From: Candidatus Poribacteria bacterium
GTDB lineage: Bacteria > Poribacteria > WGA-4E > WGA-3G
Assembly (NCBI GenBank): GCA_965214095.1
Contig: OZ243938.1
Location: forward strand, 1,408,001 to 1,472,000
Direction of reading: 5' to 3'
Length of the DNA stretch: 64,000 bases
Numbering within the stretch: position 1 is the first letter of the stretch; each line of letters begins with the position of its first letter. Shown here one piece after another: positions 29,541-40,614 of the stretch. A program made the position numbers and the translations under genes. Under the pieces are notes generated by a model. It searched no databases and was not told the DNA's origin. It saw nothing but the letters and a program-made list of their open reading frames with translations.

Positions 29541-31169
29541 TTATCTTTCAAACACAATCCGTACATCAGAAAAAATACCATTCTCATCAACATGCACATC
29601 GGCAGTAATAGGTCCGAGAGATTCCAACGGAAAGAGATTATCTTTAAGTCGTCTCATTAAAACTGCATCTAATCTATAACCAGATAAAGAGGCAATCATC
29701 GTTGTTATCGGTATAAAACGCGTTATTTCAGGGACTAAATAATTAGGTTGAATATATGTCTGTAGACTATCTTCAGAAAACACTACATCACTTAGTTCAG
29801 GTGTGTCTCCTGAATATGTATCAAGCACGGACTTTATACCGGTTAACGTTGTGCTAAAAATGAAATCCTCACCTACCGTTGCGTACGCTCCTGTAAGTGC
29901 TAATAAAAAATTCAGACGTATCCTGACAGGTTGCACAGTAATCCCTTTGTAATTTTGTGTTTCAAGGAACTCAAGTGGTAGACCCGATACACTGATTTTC
30001 ACGTTCTTTAACCTATCTAAGTCTGTGACAAAAGTATCAGTTTCTTTTACTGGTACACGCAGAATTAAAGATGGGAACTTAGATACATCACCTTCACTAT
30101 GTGAAACTAACGCGAGAGTCATCTCTTTATTAAAATGCTGCAATATATTGATATCGCCTGAATCTATTTCAATTGCTAAGTTGTCATCCACAAGTTTTGC
30201 AAACTTAGGCCAATCTTGGTTTGGATTGAATGTTACCAAGGCAGTTTGTTCAGGAAGATATCTGGGTTTTACATTTTTTTCTGATTGAGATGATTGCGGC
30301 ACATCAGAATTACTATAACGACTCTGAGATATAATTACTCCGTTCTCATAACGATTGCCAAATACCCAATAATCTTTGTTATTTTTCCATTGAGATAATG
30401 TTCCTATGATTGAATCACTATTGTCCGCCAGACTATTTATTAACGCTGTGAACTGAGAAACATCAAAATATCCAGTATTTTTATCGTTATCGTAACTATG
30501 TTGTATCTCCTCTTTTATTTTATGTTTTACAAGGAATCCGTCTCTTTTCCCAGCATATATGTCAATCACTTCAGCTAATAACAGTGGATTGAGACTTAAA
30601 ACCCCAATCTTACCGATGAAAGTATAACTAAAATCAAGTGGATAACCAGTGATAGTGTTTATTGTCAGGTCGTTGTATTTTGTTTGAATCCGTTCATATT
30701 TTGGATTTATAGCATCAGTAGCAATGATTGCTTCAATTGCCAGTTTTTCCGCTCCACCAACTTCTGTGATAAGTAAGAAGGAAAGTTCTCCTTCACGTTG
30801 ATACAAGGCAAGAATTGCTTCTGTTCCAAAGTGTCCCTTGACCGCATTCATATCAAGTCTACCACCCATCTCCGATTCCCAAACCCATTTCTGATATTCC
30901 AATTGTCTCCACCAGAGTTGGTTTTTAATATAACTGAGGATAGGCATTTGTGCAACCTGTTTCCCAAACTCACTGCGGTTAAAGGTATTAATCAGTCCAT
31001 CAAGTTCCTTAAGGGTTAGGTAGCACAACGGTGTTTCAGGTAACAAGGTAATAAGACTCTGTTCGGGTTTCCAGAGTGCAGTTTGATGATAGACAACTGA
31101 AAACAAAACGATCACACCTATCAATGCAACCAGAATAATGAGGAGTAGTTTTTTTCTTGTGATTTTCAT
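29541..31169 (-). CDS. Membrane-anchored exported protein (DUF3352-like)
   Basis: N-terminal TM helix; LLPETP and YLPEQT repeats typical of this fold. Confidence 0.55.
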   Translation of the reverse strand: MKITRKKLLLIILVALIGVIVLFSVVYHQTALWKPEQSLITLLPETPLCYLTLKELDGLINTFNRSEFGKQVAQMPILSYIKNQLWWRQLEYQKWVWESEMGGRLDMNAVKGHFGTEAILALYQREGELSFLLITEVGGAEKLAIEAIIATDAINPKYERIQTKYNDLTINTITGYPLDFSYTFIGKIGVLSLNPLLLAEVIDIYAGKRDGFLVKHKIKEEIQHSYDNDKNTGYFDVSQFTALINSLADNSDSIIGTLSQWKNNKDYWVFGNRYENGVIISQSRYSNSDVPQSSQSEKNVKPRYLPEQTALVTFNPNQDWPKFAKLVDDNLAIEIDSGDINILQHFNKEMTLALVSHSEGDVSKFPSLILRVPVKETDTFVTDLDRLKNVKISVSGLPLEFLETQNYKGITVQPVRIRLNFLLALTGAYATVGEDFIFSTTLTGIKSVLDTYSGDTPELSDVVFSEDSLQTYIQPNYLVPEITRFIPITTMIASLSGYRLDAVLMRRLKDNLFPLESLGPITADVHVDENGIFSDVRIVFER

Positions 31170-31297
31170 AACGGTAGATACCTACTCTGATGCATCAAGT
31201 TTTCATTTCTATTGATTATAGCACAATGGGGCTCAATAGACAATGCAATATTGATATTGTGAAATAGAAGGAATTGCTGTAAAATCATTGTATTATT

Positions 31298-33220
31298 ATG
31301 GATCAAGGTGTACATCAAACAACTCATTCATCAAAAATTCGACCAGTTACAATCCTTCTGATCTGTGTGTTGGTCCCGCTGAACTGTTGGTGGGTCTCTG
31401 CTTCTATATTGCGAGGAGGTGGAAGTCCAACACAGGTATCCCTATTCTACAATGCTGTAACTACAATGCTAATCCTACTGGGAATTGGACTTCTGTTACG
31501 TCGTCTGAATCGGGTTTTTGCGTTAAATCGCGCAGAATTGTTGGTGATTTACTCCTGTATCTCTATAGGTGCAGGACTCGCAGGCGTAGATAGATTCCTC
31601 GTGTTAATGCCGCTCATTAGTCATGCACAATGGTTTGCCACTCCCGAAAACGATTGGATTAACCTGTTCCATCTCCACATCCCTGAATGGTTAATACTCA
31701 GCAATAAACGGGTTCTTGAAGGATACTACTATGGGTTTTCAAGCATATACGAAACACACAACCTTGTGGCATGGTTACCCAAGATCTTTTGGTGGACACT
31801 ATTTATCGTTGCTGTGCACCTTGTTATGTTGTGTATGTGTTTGATTTTCAGAAAGCAGTGGGTTGAATCTGAACGACTAAGCTACCCGATTATCCAACTA
31901 CCGTATGAATTGACTGCACCCAAAGGCAGATTTTTCCGTTCACCCTGGATGTGGTTAGGGTTATCCATAGGTGTTACAATAGATATTATCAACGGGTTAA
32001 ACTATCTGTTTCCTGCTGTCCCAAGTCTTGGTGGCAAACTTTTTGATCTTCGTAGGATATTTACTGAACGTCCGTGGAGTGGCATCGGATGGAGTCCGAT
32101 TGGGGTTTTCCCGTTTGGTGTTGGATTGTCATTCTTTATACCACTTGATCTTTCATTCTCGTGTTGGGCATTCTGGTTAATTTGGCGTGCGGAACGTTTG
32201 TTAGGCACAATTGCCGGATGGCGTGGTCTGCCTCGTTTCCCTTATGAAGCAGAACAATCGCATGGAGCATATCTGGGGTTGTGTGTCCTTGCAATTTGGA
32301 TGAGCAGAAGATATCTGAAGCAGATTTTATCTAACTTATTCACAAGAAGTCAATCTAAGGACAATATATCTACGCAAAGTGAGGAACCTATTTCATATCG
32401 CTTGATATGCATTGCTTTACTTGCGGGAATTGTATTTATTGTTGCATTTTGTATTAAAATGGAAATGAGCCTCTGGGTTATCATCGTATACTTCGCAATC
32501 TGGTTCGCAATCGCAATCGCTATCACAAGGCTTCGAGCAGAACTCGGTTCCCCTGTGCATGATTTACACTTCATCGGTCCTGATGAGATGTTACCAAGAC
32601 TCATCGGCATTCGTCGGCTTGGTGCAGTTAACTTAACAGGTTTTTCATATCTCTATTTTCTTAACCGAGCACACCGTTCGCATGCAATGCCGCATCAACT
32701 TGAAGGATTCAAACTGGCAGAAGGGGCAAATATACCGTTACGTCGTTTTGCAATACTAATGATGTTGGCATCAGTATTGGGAGCACTCGGTTCTTTTTGG
32801 GCATATCTATCAATGTATTATGAAGAAGGCGGCGGACCAGGATTTGGAAGGGAATCCTTTGGCAGGTTGGAGTCATGGCTAACTTATGCAGCACCACCAG
32901 ATGTACCAGCAATAGGTTTTGCCTCTTTTGGATTTATCGTAACACTCATTCTCGCTGCTATGCGGATGCGGTTTATCTGGTGGAATCTGCATCCAGTAGG
33001 ATATGCAATTTCTGGAAGTTGGGCAATCAATCCTATGATCGGTTCTATATTTGTTGGCTGGTTACTGAAGTGGCTTGTGCTAAAATACGGTGGTATCCGG
33101 CTGCATCGAAAGGCTATTCCATTCTTCCTTGGAATCGTGTTAGGTGAATTCATTATCGGTGCATTTTGGAGTCTCTTGGCAGTTGCACTTGATCAACCTA
33201 TGTACCGTTTTCTGTTTTAG
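31298..33220 (+). CDS. Polytopic membrane protein (DUF6785-like, putative transporter)
   Basis: Many TM helices; RKQWVESERLSYP, RLRAELG and WWNLHPVGY. Confidence 0.65.
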   Translation: MDQGVHQTTHSSKIRPVTILLICVLVPLNCWWVSASILRGGGSPTQVSLFYNAVTTMLILLGIGLLLRRLNRVFALNRAELLVIYSCISIGAGLAGVDRFLVLMPLISHAQWFATPENDWINLFHLHIPEWLILSNKRVLEGYYYGFSSIYETHNLVAWLPKIFWWTLFIVAVHLVMLCMCLIFRKQWVESERLSYPIIQLPYELTAPKGRFFRSPWMWLGLSIGVTIDIINGLNYLFPAVPSLGGKLFDLRRIFTERPWSGIGWSPIGVFPFGVGLSFFIPLDLSFSCWAFWLIWRAERLLGTIAGWRGLPRFPYEAEQSHGAYLGLCVLAIWMSRRYLKQILSNLFTRSQSKDNISTQSEEPISYRLICIALLAGIVFIVAFCIKMEMSLWVIIVYFAIWFAIAIAITRLRAELGSPVHDLHFIGPDEMLPRLIGIRRLGAVNLTGFSYLYFLNRAHRSHAMPHQLEGFKLAEGANIPLRRFAILMMLASVLGALGSFWAYLSMYYEEGGGPGFGRESFGRLESWLTYAAPPDVPAIGFASFGFIVTLILAAMRMRFIWWNLHPVGYAISGSWAINPMIGSIFVGWLLKWLVLKYGGIRLHRKAIPFFLGIVLGEFIIGAFWSLLAVALDQPMYRFLF

Positions 33221-33297
33221 TCTGCTATGTGGTTGATAAAGGGGGCAGTTCTTGGTAAAAAGGTATTGTTCCGAGCATAATCGATAGAACAACATAT

Positions 33298-34827
33298 ATG
33301 AGCAATCTTAAGCACATTTTTACATCAGGAAAAATATCCGATACAACGATATACATCGGATTCTTGATATTTGCCCTCTCACTTCCCTTTGATAATTTAA
33401 CCCTTTTCCTAAATATCGGAATGTCACTTGTTCTTATTGGGTGGATTGGACGAATCATCTATGAACGAAAACTCGGATGGCATCGCACGCCTCTGGATAT
33501 TCCTATTGTGCTTTTCTTAGCATTGACATTGGTTGCTTCACTATTGGCACCAAACCCGTCATTCAATGTTAGCATCGGTTATATTTGGAAACTACTTCGA
33601 GCAATCCTACTTTTCTATGCAGTGATTCACAGTCGTTTGGGAAACCGATGGAGACATGTTCTTATAGCGTTTTTTGTTTCCGCTGGCATCAGTTCAATGC
33701 TTGGTATTTGGTATTACACAAATGGCACAGGTTTGGCACACGCCTTAATGGGGCAAGTTGGATTAGAATATCAGAACGAACTCCCCACTGACGAAGGATT
33801 TTCAGATGGATTCCGTGCGGATTTGCGTCTTATCAATATACCACTATCGCAAACCGCATCCATAGAACAAACCAAGAAATCTGATGAATGGCAAATTGAT
33901 GACTCAGAGAGAAACAGACGTTACTTTGTTGAAAAGGGCGAAACGCACCTGAACGTTTATATGATTGAACAACGTCTCGCTGGCTCTTTCAAAGCACCGA
34001 ATTATCTTGGTGCATATCTCGCGCTCAGTCTTCCTTTTGTGTTAGGGTTTTTTGTAGCAAGTTGGCAGTCATTACGCAAACAGAAGTATGGAATATGGGT
34101 TGTCTTTGCGCTCGGTGCTATTGTTGTTATGATGGCTGTGAATTTGGCGTTAACACTCACGCGTGGTGCTTGGGTCGGTGTTGCAGTTGCAATATTATGC
34201 ATCGGTTTATATTTAGTTGTGGTTAGTCTTGCCAAAATGAAATCACTCGGTGGTGTTTTGAAGTTTATATTGATAGTAGTTATTTTACTATCAATGATAT
34301 TGGGTGCGTATGTATATTTAACACCACAACATATCAAGACACGTCTCAACACCTTGGTTGAGCGACCTACAGGTTTTATGGGAGAACGTCCGCAGTGGTG
34401 GGGCATTTCCCTTGACCTCATAAAGAAGCATCCTATCATCGGAGTTGGTATGGGTCGGTTCCGTCATGAAGCACAATTAAACTCCTTTCCTGATGTGCAA
34501 GATATTCCCTTTCATGCCCATAATATCTATCTACATATCGCAGTTGAACAAGGAATACCTTCACTACTTCTGTTTTTGTGGATGATAGGTCTGTTTTGGA
34601 AACAGATTTGGGCAATCCGTTCTAATACGAATAGTGAAGGGGACTTTTGGTGTATGGGAACATTTATCGGAGGCAGCGGATTTCTCATTTCCACGCTTGT
34701 CTACGGAACAGCAGATTACATATTCCATCATCGAACACTCTTGCTTTTCTGGTTCATCATTGGCATAATATATTATATCCAAATATATAAGGACGAAATA
34801 GATGAAAAAAGACTTGAAACCGATTGA
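33298..34827 (+). CDS. O-antigen ligase (WaaL/Wzy_C) family protein
   Basis: TRGAW, R..WW, GVGMG and HAHNIYLHIAVEQG. Confidence 0.85.
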   Translation: MSNLKHIFTSGKISDTTIYIGFLIFALSLPFDNLTLFLNIGMSLVLIGWIGRIIYERKLGWHRTPLDIPIVLFLALTLVASLLAPNPSFNVSIGYIWKLLRAILLFYAVIHSRLGNRWRHVLIAFFVSAGISSMLGIWYYTNGTGLAHALMGQVGLEYQNELPTDEGFSDGFRADLRLINIPLSQTASIEQTKKSDEWQIDDSERNRRYFVEKGETHLNVYMIEQRLAGSFKAPNYLGAYLALSLPFVLGFFVASWQSLRKQKYGIWVVFALGAIVVMMAVNLALTLTRGAWVGVAVAILCIGLYLVVVSLAKMKSLGGVLKFILIVVILLSMILGAYVYLTPQHIKTRLNTLVERPTGFMGERPQWWGISLDLIKKHPIIGVGMGRFRHEAQLNSFPDVQDIPFHAHNIYLHIAVEQGIPSLLLFLWMIGLFWKQIWAIRSNTNSEGDFWCMGTFIGGSGFLISTLVYGTADYIFHHRTLLLFWFIIGIIYYIQIYKDEIDEKRLETD

Positions 34828-35749
34828 CATGTCTTCCGTGAAGACCTACCCACTTAAAGAACGTATCAACAAAGTTTCTGTTAACGATTTTGCTACACTC
34901 CCAGACTTAGAAGCGAATCTTACTCCGTTTTTGGCATCCCTTCCCAAAATACTCAAAGGACAAGATTTTACTGAACTTATTGATAAGATTGTTGCTGCAC
35001 ATCAACGTGAAAAGGCAGTGATCGTAATGATGGGTGGACATGTCATTAAGTGCGGTTTAACACCGCTATTGATCGCATTAGTTGAACGCGGACTCATTAC
35101 CGGTTTTGCATTCAATGGTGCAAGCAGCATACACGATTTTGAAATTGCCCTTATCGGTGAAACCTCTGAAGATGTTTCTGAATACCTAAAAACCGGTCAA
35201 TTCGGCATGTGGGAGGAAACAGGACGGTTCATGAATGAAGCGATCCAAAATGCAGCGAATACTGCCATCGGCATGGGTGAGGCATTAGGGAAAAAGTTGG
35301 TAGCGATGGACGCACCATATAACGATTACAGTCTCCTCGCGGCAGGTATTCAACACAACATTCCGATTACAGTGCATGTTGCGATTGGCACGGATATTAT
35401 ACATCAGCATCCATCAGCAAACGGTGCTGCTATTGGTGAAGCAAGTTTTACTGACTTTCGTCTGTTGACACAACTTGTTACGGAGTTAGAAGATGGTGGG
35501 GTCGTGCTTAACTTCGGTTCGGCTGTTATATTACCAGAGGTGTTTCTGAAAGCGTTGACGGTTGCTCGGAATTTAGGACATACGGTGTCTAACTTCACTG
35601 CTGCCGATTTTGATATGCTTCAGCAATATCGTGCTGTGGAGAACGTCGTCAAACGTCCGACTGAGATGGGTGGGAAAGGATATACGTTCACCGGACATCA
35701 TGAGTTGATGATACCGCTTTTGGTGCAATCTGTTCTTGCTCGGCTGTAG
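34802..35749 (+). CDS. Conserved protein with deoxyhypusine-synthase-like fold
   Basis: GGHVIKCG, IGTDIIH, GSAVILPEVFLK and GHHE. Confidence 0.6.
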   Translation: MKKDLKPIDMSSVKTYPLKERINKVSVNDFATLPDLEANLTPFLASLPKILKGQDFTELIDKIVAAHQREKAVIVMMGGHVIKCGLTPLLIALVERGLITGFAFNGASSIHDFEIALIGETSEDVSEYLKTGQFGMWEETGRFMNEAIQNAANTAIGMGEALGKKLVAMDAPYNDYSLLAAGIQHNIPITVHVAIGTDIIHQHPSANGAAIGEASFTDFRLLTQLVTELEDGGVVLNFGSAVILPEVFLKALTVARNLGHTVSNFTAADFDMLQQYRAVENVVKRPTEMGGKGYTFTGHHELMIPLLVQSVLARL

Positions 35750-35765
35750 ATGGAAACAAAGACAT

Positions 35766-35993
35766 CTACACAGAACGTTTTTTATCAAGCATATCCCGAA
35801 CAGACTTCAGACATTTCTTGTTTGAATCATCGCAACGATTTAATTTAGATTTCATCTCACCTAACATGTCACGAAGAGATTGTAAATGCGGCAACGATGG
35901 GGTTTTCAGATATTCACTTAAGAGTTCTTTTCTTGTAGCACTATCCATTTCATTTTCAGTGTCTACAATTTTACGATAATCAGAATATTCCAT
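35766..35993 (-). CDS. Hypothetical protein
   Basis: 75-aa ORF with a GGAGG RBS. Confidence 0.6.
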   Translation of the reverse strand: MEYSDYRKIVDTENEMDSATRKELLSEYLKTPSLPHLQSLRDMLGEMKSKLNRCDDSNKKCLKSVRDMLDKKRSV

Positions 35994-36035
35994 ATTTTAT
36001 ACCTCCATTGATACCAAGTGTGGTGCAATTTATAC

Positions 36036-36563
36036 CTATATCTTTTCTGTTATTTTATCTCTTGGTAGTTCACTATATGAAACAGCGATCGGTTCTGCTG
36101 TCTCCAAGCCAAGTGTGTTTTTTACGTGATTGTGTTCCTGATTAGCGTCTGCATCGGATTGTCCTTGATAAACTGTTTCTAATTCAACAAATTCCCCTAA
36201 ATCTTCAACAGTATCAAGATGGATTCTGGTATTTTGATACATCCAAAGCACTCGCTGTTTTTTTATGATTGTCTTGACACCTAAAGCAGCTGTCATAAGT
36301 TCTTTTAATACTGAGGATTCATCAACTTTACAAAGTTGATATACGCTGTAACGAGATTCCAACGTGTTCGGACGTTCATAATAGATTAGCCATCCTTCAT
36401 CGGACGTGTCCGTCTCGCGTAGTTTTAGCCTTCCTTTAGGATTGTGAAAATATGTGTCTACTTGATTTATAACTTCTTGTCGTTTTGCCTTCAGGTCTGC
36501 TAATTTCGGTAGAAGCAGATCAAGTGACCTATATCGCACTTTAAACTCTAAGTTTTTTGCCAT
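36036..36563 (-). CDS. cyaB: Class IV adenylate cyclase / CYTH domain protein
   Basis: NLEFK, QVDTYF, RLKLRE, RIHLD.V..LGEFVELE. Confidence 0.85.
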   Translation of the reverse strand: MAKNLEFKVRYRSLDLLLPKLADLKAKRQEVINQVDTYFHNPKGRLKLRETDTSDEGWLIYYERPNTLESRYSVYQLCKVDESSVLKELMTAALGVKTIIKKQRVLWMYQNTRIHLDTVEDLGEFVELETVYQGQSDADANQEHNHVKNTLGLETAEPIAVSYSELPRDKITEKI

Positions 36564-36592
36564 TATTTATTGCGAAGTATTGATCAACAATT

Positions 36593-37249
36593 CTAATTTG
36601 GATCATATTCACTATTTGGATTATAATCACTCAGGTAATCCTCAGACACATCATCAAAATCCATAATATCGGCTTCAGTTTGATAACTATTTACACAAGA
36701 GCGGTTACATTTTTCGTCTTGTGCTTGTAATGAACAAACACGATGTCCCATCCTTAGAGAACTCTGCAGACAGGTTCGGAGTTGTTCTGTATCAAAATTG
36801 CGTCCAACTAAGTAACTATAACTCCCCAATCGCATCATCTCACGCGCTCTGCCATCATTCGGAACAATGGAGATAACTCTTGTACCAGGTTGATACCTTC
36901 TAACATAGGAAAAGATGGTAGAACGTCTGTAACGTGTATAATCCACAATAATCAGTTCATATTTTTGCAGTTTGAGCATACCGACAGCTCTTGAACTTCC
37001 TTCTGCTACATCACACCGATAATTGTCAGATTCAAGGACACCTCTAATTCTCTCTTGTAAATCATCATTATAAGTAATAATCAGAATTTGACCTTTTAAA
37101 TTTGATACTCCCTTCTTCTCCTGAATGTCAAGTGGGATAAGTGCCTGACGTACTTGCCACCGCAAACGTCCACGCGCCTGACGCACCTGTTGCTCAACTT
37201 TATCAAGCTTCTCTTCCATTTCTGGACGACGTTTTCTTGATCTACGCAT
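36593..37249 (-). CDS. Atypical receiver-domain protein
   Basis: REC-like core (YELIIVD), basic N-terminus, Cys-rich and acidic C-terminus. Confidence 0.6.
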   Translation of the reverse strand: MRRSRKRRPEMEEKLDKVEQQVRQARGRLRWQVRQALIPLDIQEKKGVSNLKGQILIITYNDDLQERIRGVLESDNYRCDVAEGSSRAVGMLKLQKYELIIVDYTRYRRSTIFSYVRRYQPGTRVISIVPNDGRAREMMRLGSYSYLVGRNFDTEQLRTCLQSSLRMGHRVCSLQAQDEKCNRSCVNSYQTEADIMDFDDVSEDYLSDYNPNSEYDPN

Positions 37250-37605
37250 CTCTTTAATTTAACCTCATCAATGTGTGGACTACGTCTTTCATCAGAATAG
37301 GTGTTCTACAACAAATTCTACAAATGTACGTTATCCAACGATTTTAATAACGAAAGATTCTGCAAAAGAATTCAAAAATTATGAAAAAAGTTCGCTATCC
37401 TTTAGTACTTCTTATTACTTTAGACTGATGAAACCCGTTTTTTGTTGTAAAAAAATGTTAGGTGCTATAAAATAACAGCAATTCTTTGATTAACAACAGT
37501 GTAAATCTAACTTCATTGTCGGTTTCTATATCCATGTTACACATTATAGACTGATTTGTTCTAAAAAAGATAGAAAAAAATCATAATTTCGCTGTGTGAT
37601 GTAAA

Positions 37606-37745
37606 TTATAGTAAAAACCATAATTATTTACAGACTACGGTAGGTTCGGTTTCCTAACCGAACCGGTGTTTGTTCAATCTCATAGATGTGGTTAGGAAAC
37701 CGCATCTACCGGAGAGTGTGCACGTATTTTTGCAACTCACTATAA
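37606..37745. mobile_element. 140-bp REPIN/MITE-like element with two inverted GTAG hairpins
   Basis: Near-identical to 53433-53572 and 43757-43871; ends TTATAGT...ACTATAA. Confidence 0.8.
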
Positions 37746-37772
37746 CTCGTGATTGTAAGTATAAAGGATACA

Positions 37773-38834
37773 ATGATGAGCAACACACTGTCAACCCTAA
37801 AAGTTCCGATTCCTGCTCATTTTGATGTTGATCGGGTAGGACATGTCTGGCGTATTCCATATCAACAACGATTAGATGAAGCACGGGCATGGACACAACG
37901 ACACAACATCCCTCCTGCATCTGAAGATACTCTCCGCACATGCTTGCTGCTTATTGATGTCCAAAACACCTTCTGTATTCCAGAATACGAACTATTCGTC
38001 GGTGGTAGATCTGGCAATGGTGCTGTGGAAGATAATGTGCGTTTGTGTCAATTCATCTATCGTAATTTGCCGCATATTACTAAAATCGCATGCACATTGG
38101 ATACACATACAGCGATGCAGATTTTTCACGAAATCTTTTGGATCAATGATGCAGGTGAACATCCTATACCATTACAAACCCTTATCACACAGGAAGATAT
38201 TGAGACTGCCAAATGGCGCGTCAATCCAGCAGTTGTTGACAGTCTGAGTGGAAATGCAAAACAATATACGTGGCTTCAAAAATTCGGAGAACATTATGTC
38301 AAGACATTGACTGCTGATGGAAAGTATCCGCTAACGATATGGCCCTACCATGCTATGCTTGGTGGAATCGGACATGCGGTTGTTTCTGCTGTGGATGAAG
38401 CGTGTTTTTTTCATGCGATTGCGCGTAACAGTCAGACACATTATGAACTCAAAGGACGCAATCCTTTAACTGAGAACTACTCTGTGCTGCGTCCAGAAGT
38501 GCTTGATAATGCAGAAGGAAAACCGATTGCTCAAAAGAATACTAACTTCTTGAAAACGCTTTTATCTTACGATCGCGTGATTATTGCTGGACAGGCAAAA
38601 AGCCACTGCGTTGCTTGGACGGTGAGCGACCTTCTCACAGAAATACAACAGACAGATGCCTCGCTTGCTAAAAAAATATATCTGATGGAAGATCTGACAT
38701 CATCGGTTGTTGTCCCCGGTGTTGTAGACTATACGGAATCAGCAGATGTTGCTTTTGCAGAATTTGCTGATGCAGGTATGCACATTGTACAGTCAACTGA
38801 ACCGGTTGAAAATTGGGAATTATCGGAGAAATAA
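37773..38834 (+). CDS. Isochorismatase/nicotinamidase-like cysteine hydrolase
   Basis: LIDVQNTF, TLDTH, WPYH and GQAKSHCV. Confidence 0.85.
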   Translation: MMSNTLSTLKVPIPAHFDVDRVGHVWRIPYQQRLDEARAWTQRHNIPPASEDTLRTCLLLIDVQNTFCIPEYELFVGGRSGNGAVEDNVRLCQFIYRNLPHITKIACTLDTHTAMQIFHEIFWINDAGEHPIPLQTLITQEDIETAKWRVNPAVVDSLSGNAKQYTWLQKFGEHYVKTLTADGKYPLTIWPYHAMLGGIGHAVVSAVDEACFFHAIARNSQTHYELKGRNPLTENYSVLRPEVLDNAEGKPIAQKNTNFLKTLLSYDRVIIAGQAKSHCVAWTVSDLLTEIQQTDASLAKKIYLMEDLTSSVVVPGVVDYTESADVAFAEFADAGMHIVQSTEPVENWELSEK

Positions 38835-38836
38835 TT

Positions 38837-40540
38837 ATGTCATCTATAAAAACACTCACGTTTCAATCAACTGATGGGGAATTAGCCGTATCAACGATGC
38901 AGAATTGGCGTATCGTATATTCCGATGATGCCACTGCATCAGAAAGATATGCCGCAGAGGAATTCCAAAAATGGTTCAACCAAGCTACGCAGTTGCAGTT
39001 ACCACTCGGAACAGCAGACGAAAACACAGGGAACAATGATGGACAAATAACTATCACATCTTTAGATGAATTAGGCGATGAGGAAATACATATCACAGTT
39101 AATCAGAAACAGATCCTGGTCAGTGGCGGTGGAACACGAGGGGTGCTTTATGCCGTGTACCAGTTCCTTGAGGAATTGGTCGGCATTCGATTTCTCACCG
39201 CTGACCACACATATCTTCCCGATGCGTCCGATTTGAAAGTGCATTGCGGAAGTTATACTTATAACCCTCCTTTCTCCTTCCGATGGAGTTACTATCGTGA
39301 AAACTCCAATGTTCCAGAATTTGCAGCAAAACGTAAAGTCAATACAGTGACCGATGCTGAAAACCTTGGTGGGAAGACACCACAACAGCTCATCAACCAT
39401 TCATTCCATGTGCTTGTGCCTTATGGAACGTATGGTGAGGAGCATCCAGAATATTACGCATTAGTTGATGGAAAACGGGATACAAATACGCATGGGGGTG
39501 GACCGCAGTTGTGCGTCACCAATCCTGAAGTAATTGAGATAGCCGCTGAAACTGCAATTCAAAATCTCAATGACAATCCCAATGTAGCAAACATCAGTGT
39601 TAGTCAAGCAGATACCGCTGCATACTGCCGTTGCGACAAATGTGAGGAACTCAATGAAGCTGAGGGAACACCAATGGGGTCACAATTGACATTCGTTAAT
39701 GCAGTCGCGGAACGTATTGAAAGAGAACACCCCAACGTTAAAGTTGGAACACTGGCATATTGGTACACCCGTAAACCACCTAAGAACATCAAACCACGAG
39801 ATAATGTGCAGATACAACTTTGCAGTATAGAATGTTGCACACTCCATGCCATAGATAACCCAGCTTGCGAACAGAATCAAGCCTTCTGTACCGATACGAA
39901 TGAATGGGGTAAAATCTGTAACGATATCTGGATTTGGAATTACAACACCAACTTCCGTTCCTACGATTTGCCATTTCCTAACTTACGTAGTATTGGACCG
40001 AATGTCCGCTACTTTTTGCGGAACAACGCCAAAGGCGTTTTTATGCAGGCTAACGGTAATGGGTTAACTGGTGAGTTCTCCGATTTACGCAATTACATCA
40101 TCTCCCATCTTATCTGGAATCCACACCTTGACGATCAGGAAATCTTAAACGAATTTGTCCATCTCCATTACAAGTCAGCTGCACCTGTAATAATGAACTA
40201 TATCACTTTTATCCATGATAACGTTGAGGCGAGAAACTTACACCCCAGATGTTTCCCCTCACCAGAGGAAGTCGGTTTAGATGCAGAGAGTTCACAACGT
40301 GTGTTTGACTATTTTCAAGAAGCGTTATCACTTGCAGAAAATTCTGAAGTGAAAGCACACGTAGAAAAAGCGTCTATTCCTGCTTACAAAGCGATGTTGG
40401 TAGCAGGTGGTGATATTCAGCAGAAACGTCGCCGCACATTGATCGCTGAATATATCGCATTGTGCAAACGTTATGGCATGACACACGCAGCCGAAAGGCA
40501 AGCAGCTGAAACGTATTTTGAGGAATTGCACAAACAATAG
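38837..40540 (+). CDS. DUF4838 family glycoside-hydrolase-like protein
   Basis: GH20/67-like N-domain (RGVLYAVYQFLE), HPEYYAL, QLCVTNP and CRCDKC. Confidence 0.75.
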   Translation: MSSIKTLTFQSTDGELAVSTMQNWRIVYSDDATASERYAAEEFQKWFNQATQLQLPLGTADENTGNNDGQITITSLDELGDEEIHITVNQKQILVSGGGTRGVLYAVYQFLEELVGIRFLTADHTYLPDASDLKVHCGSYTYNPPFSFRWSYYRENSNVPEFAAKRKVNTVTDAENLGGKTPQQLINHSFHVLVPYGTYGEEHPEYYALVDGKRDTNTHGGGPQLCVTNPEVIEIAAETAIQNLNDNPNVANISVSQADTAAYCRCDKCEELNEAEGTPMGSQLTFVNAVAERIEREHPNVKVGTLAYWYTRKPPKNIKPRDNVQIQLCSIECCTLHAIDNPACEQNQAFCTDTNEWGKICNDIWIWNYNTNFRSYDLPFPNLRSIGPNVRYFLRNNAKGVFMQANGNGLTGEFSDLRNYIISHLIWNPHLDDQEILNEFVHLHYKSAAPVIMNYITFIHDNVEARNLHPRCFPSPEEVGLDAESSQRVFDYFQEALSLAENSEVKAHVEKASIPAYKAMLVAGGDIQQKRRRTLIAEYIALCKRYGMTHAAERQAAETYFEELHKQ

Positions 40541-40614
40541 AAGTCAGGTGTCTACTTTTCCCTATCAAGATTTGGAGTGGGTATTATCTTGCTTACTGTC
40601 AGGAGAATTAACAG

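Noticed and set aside
37275-37475. Short ORFs in AT-rich or repeat-rich intergenic DNA (also 47396-47665 and 53719-53907)
   Set aside because: No RBS or recognisable motif, and they overlap promoter or repeat DNA.
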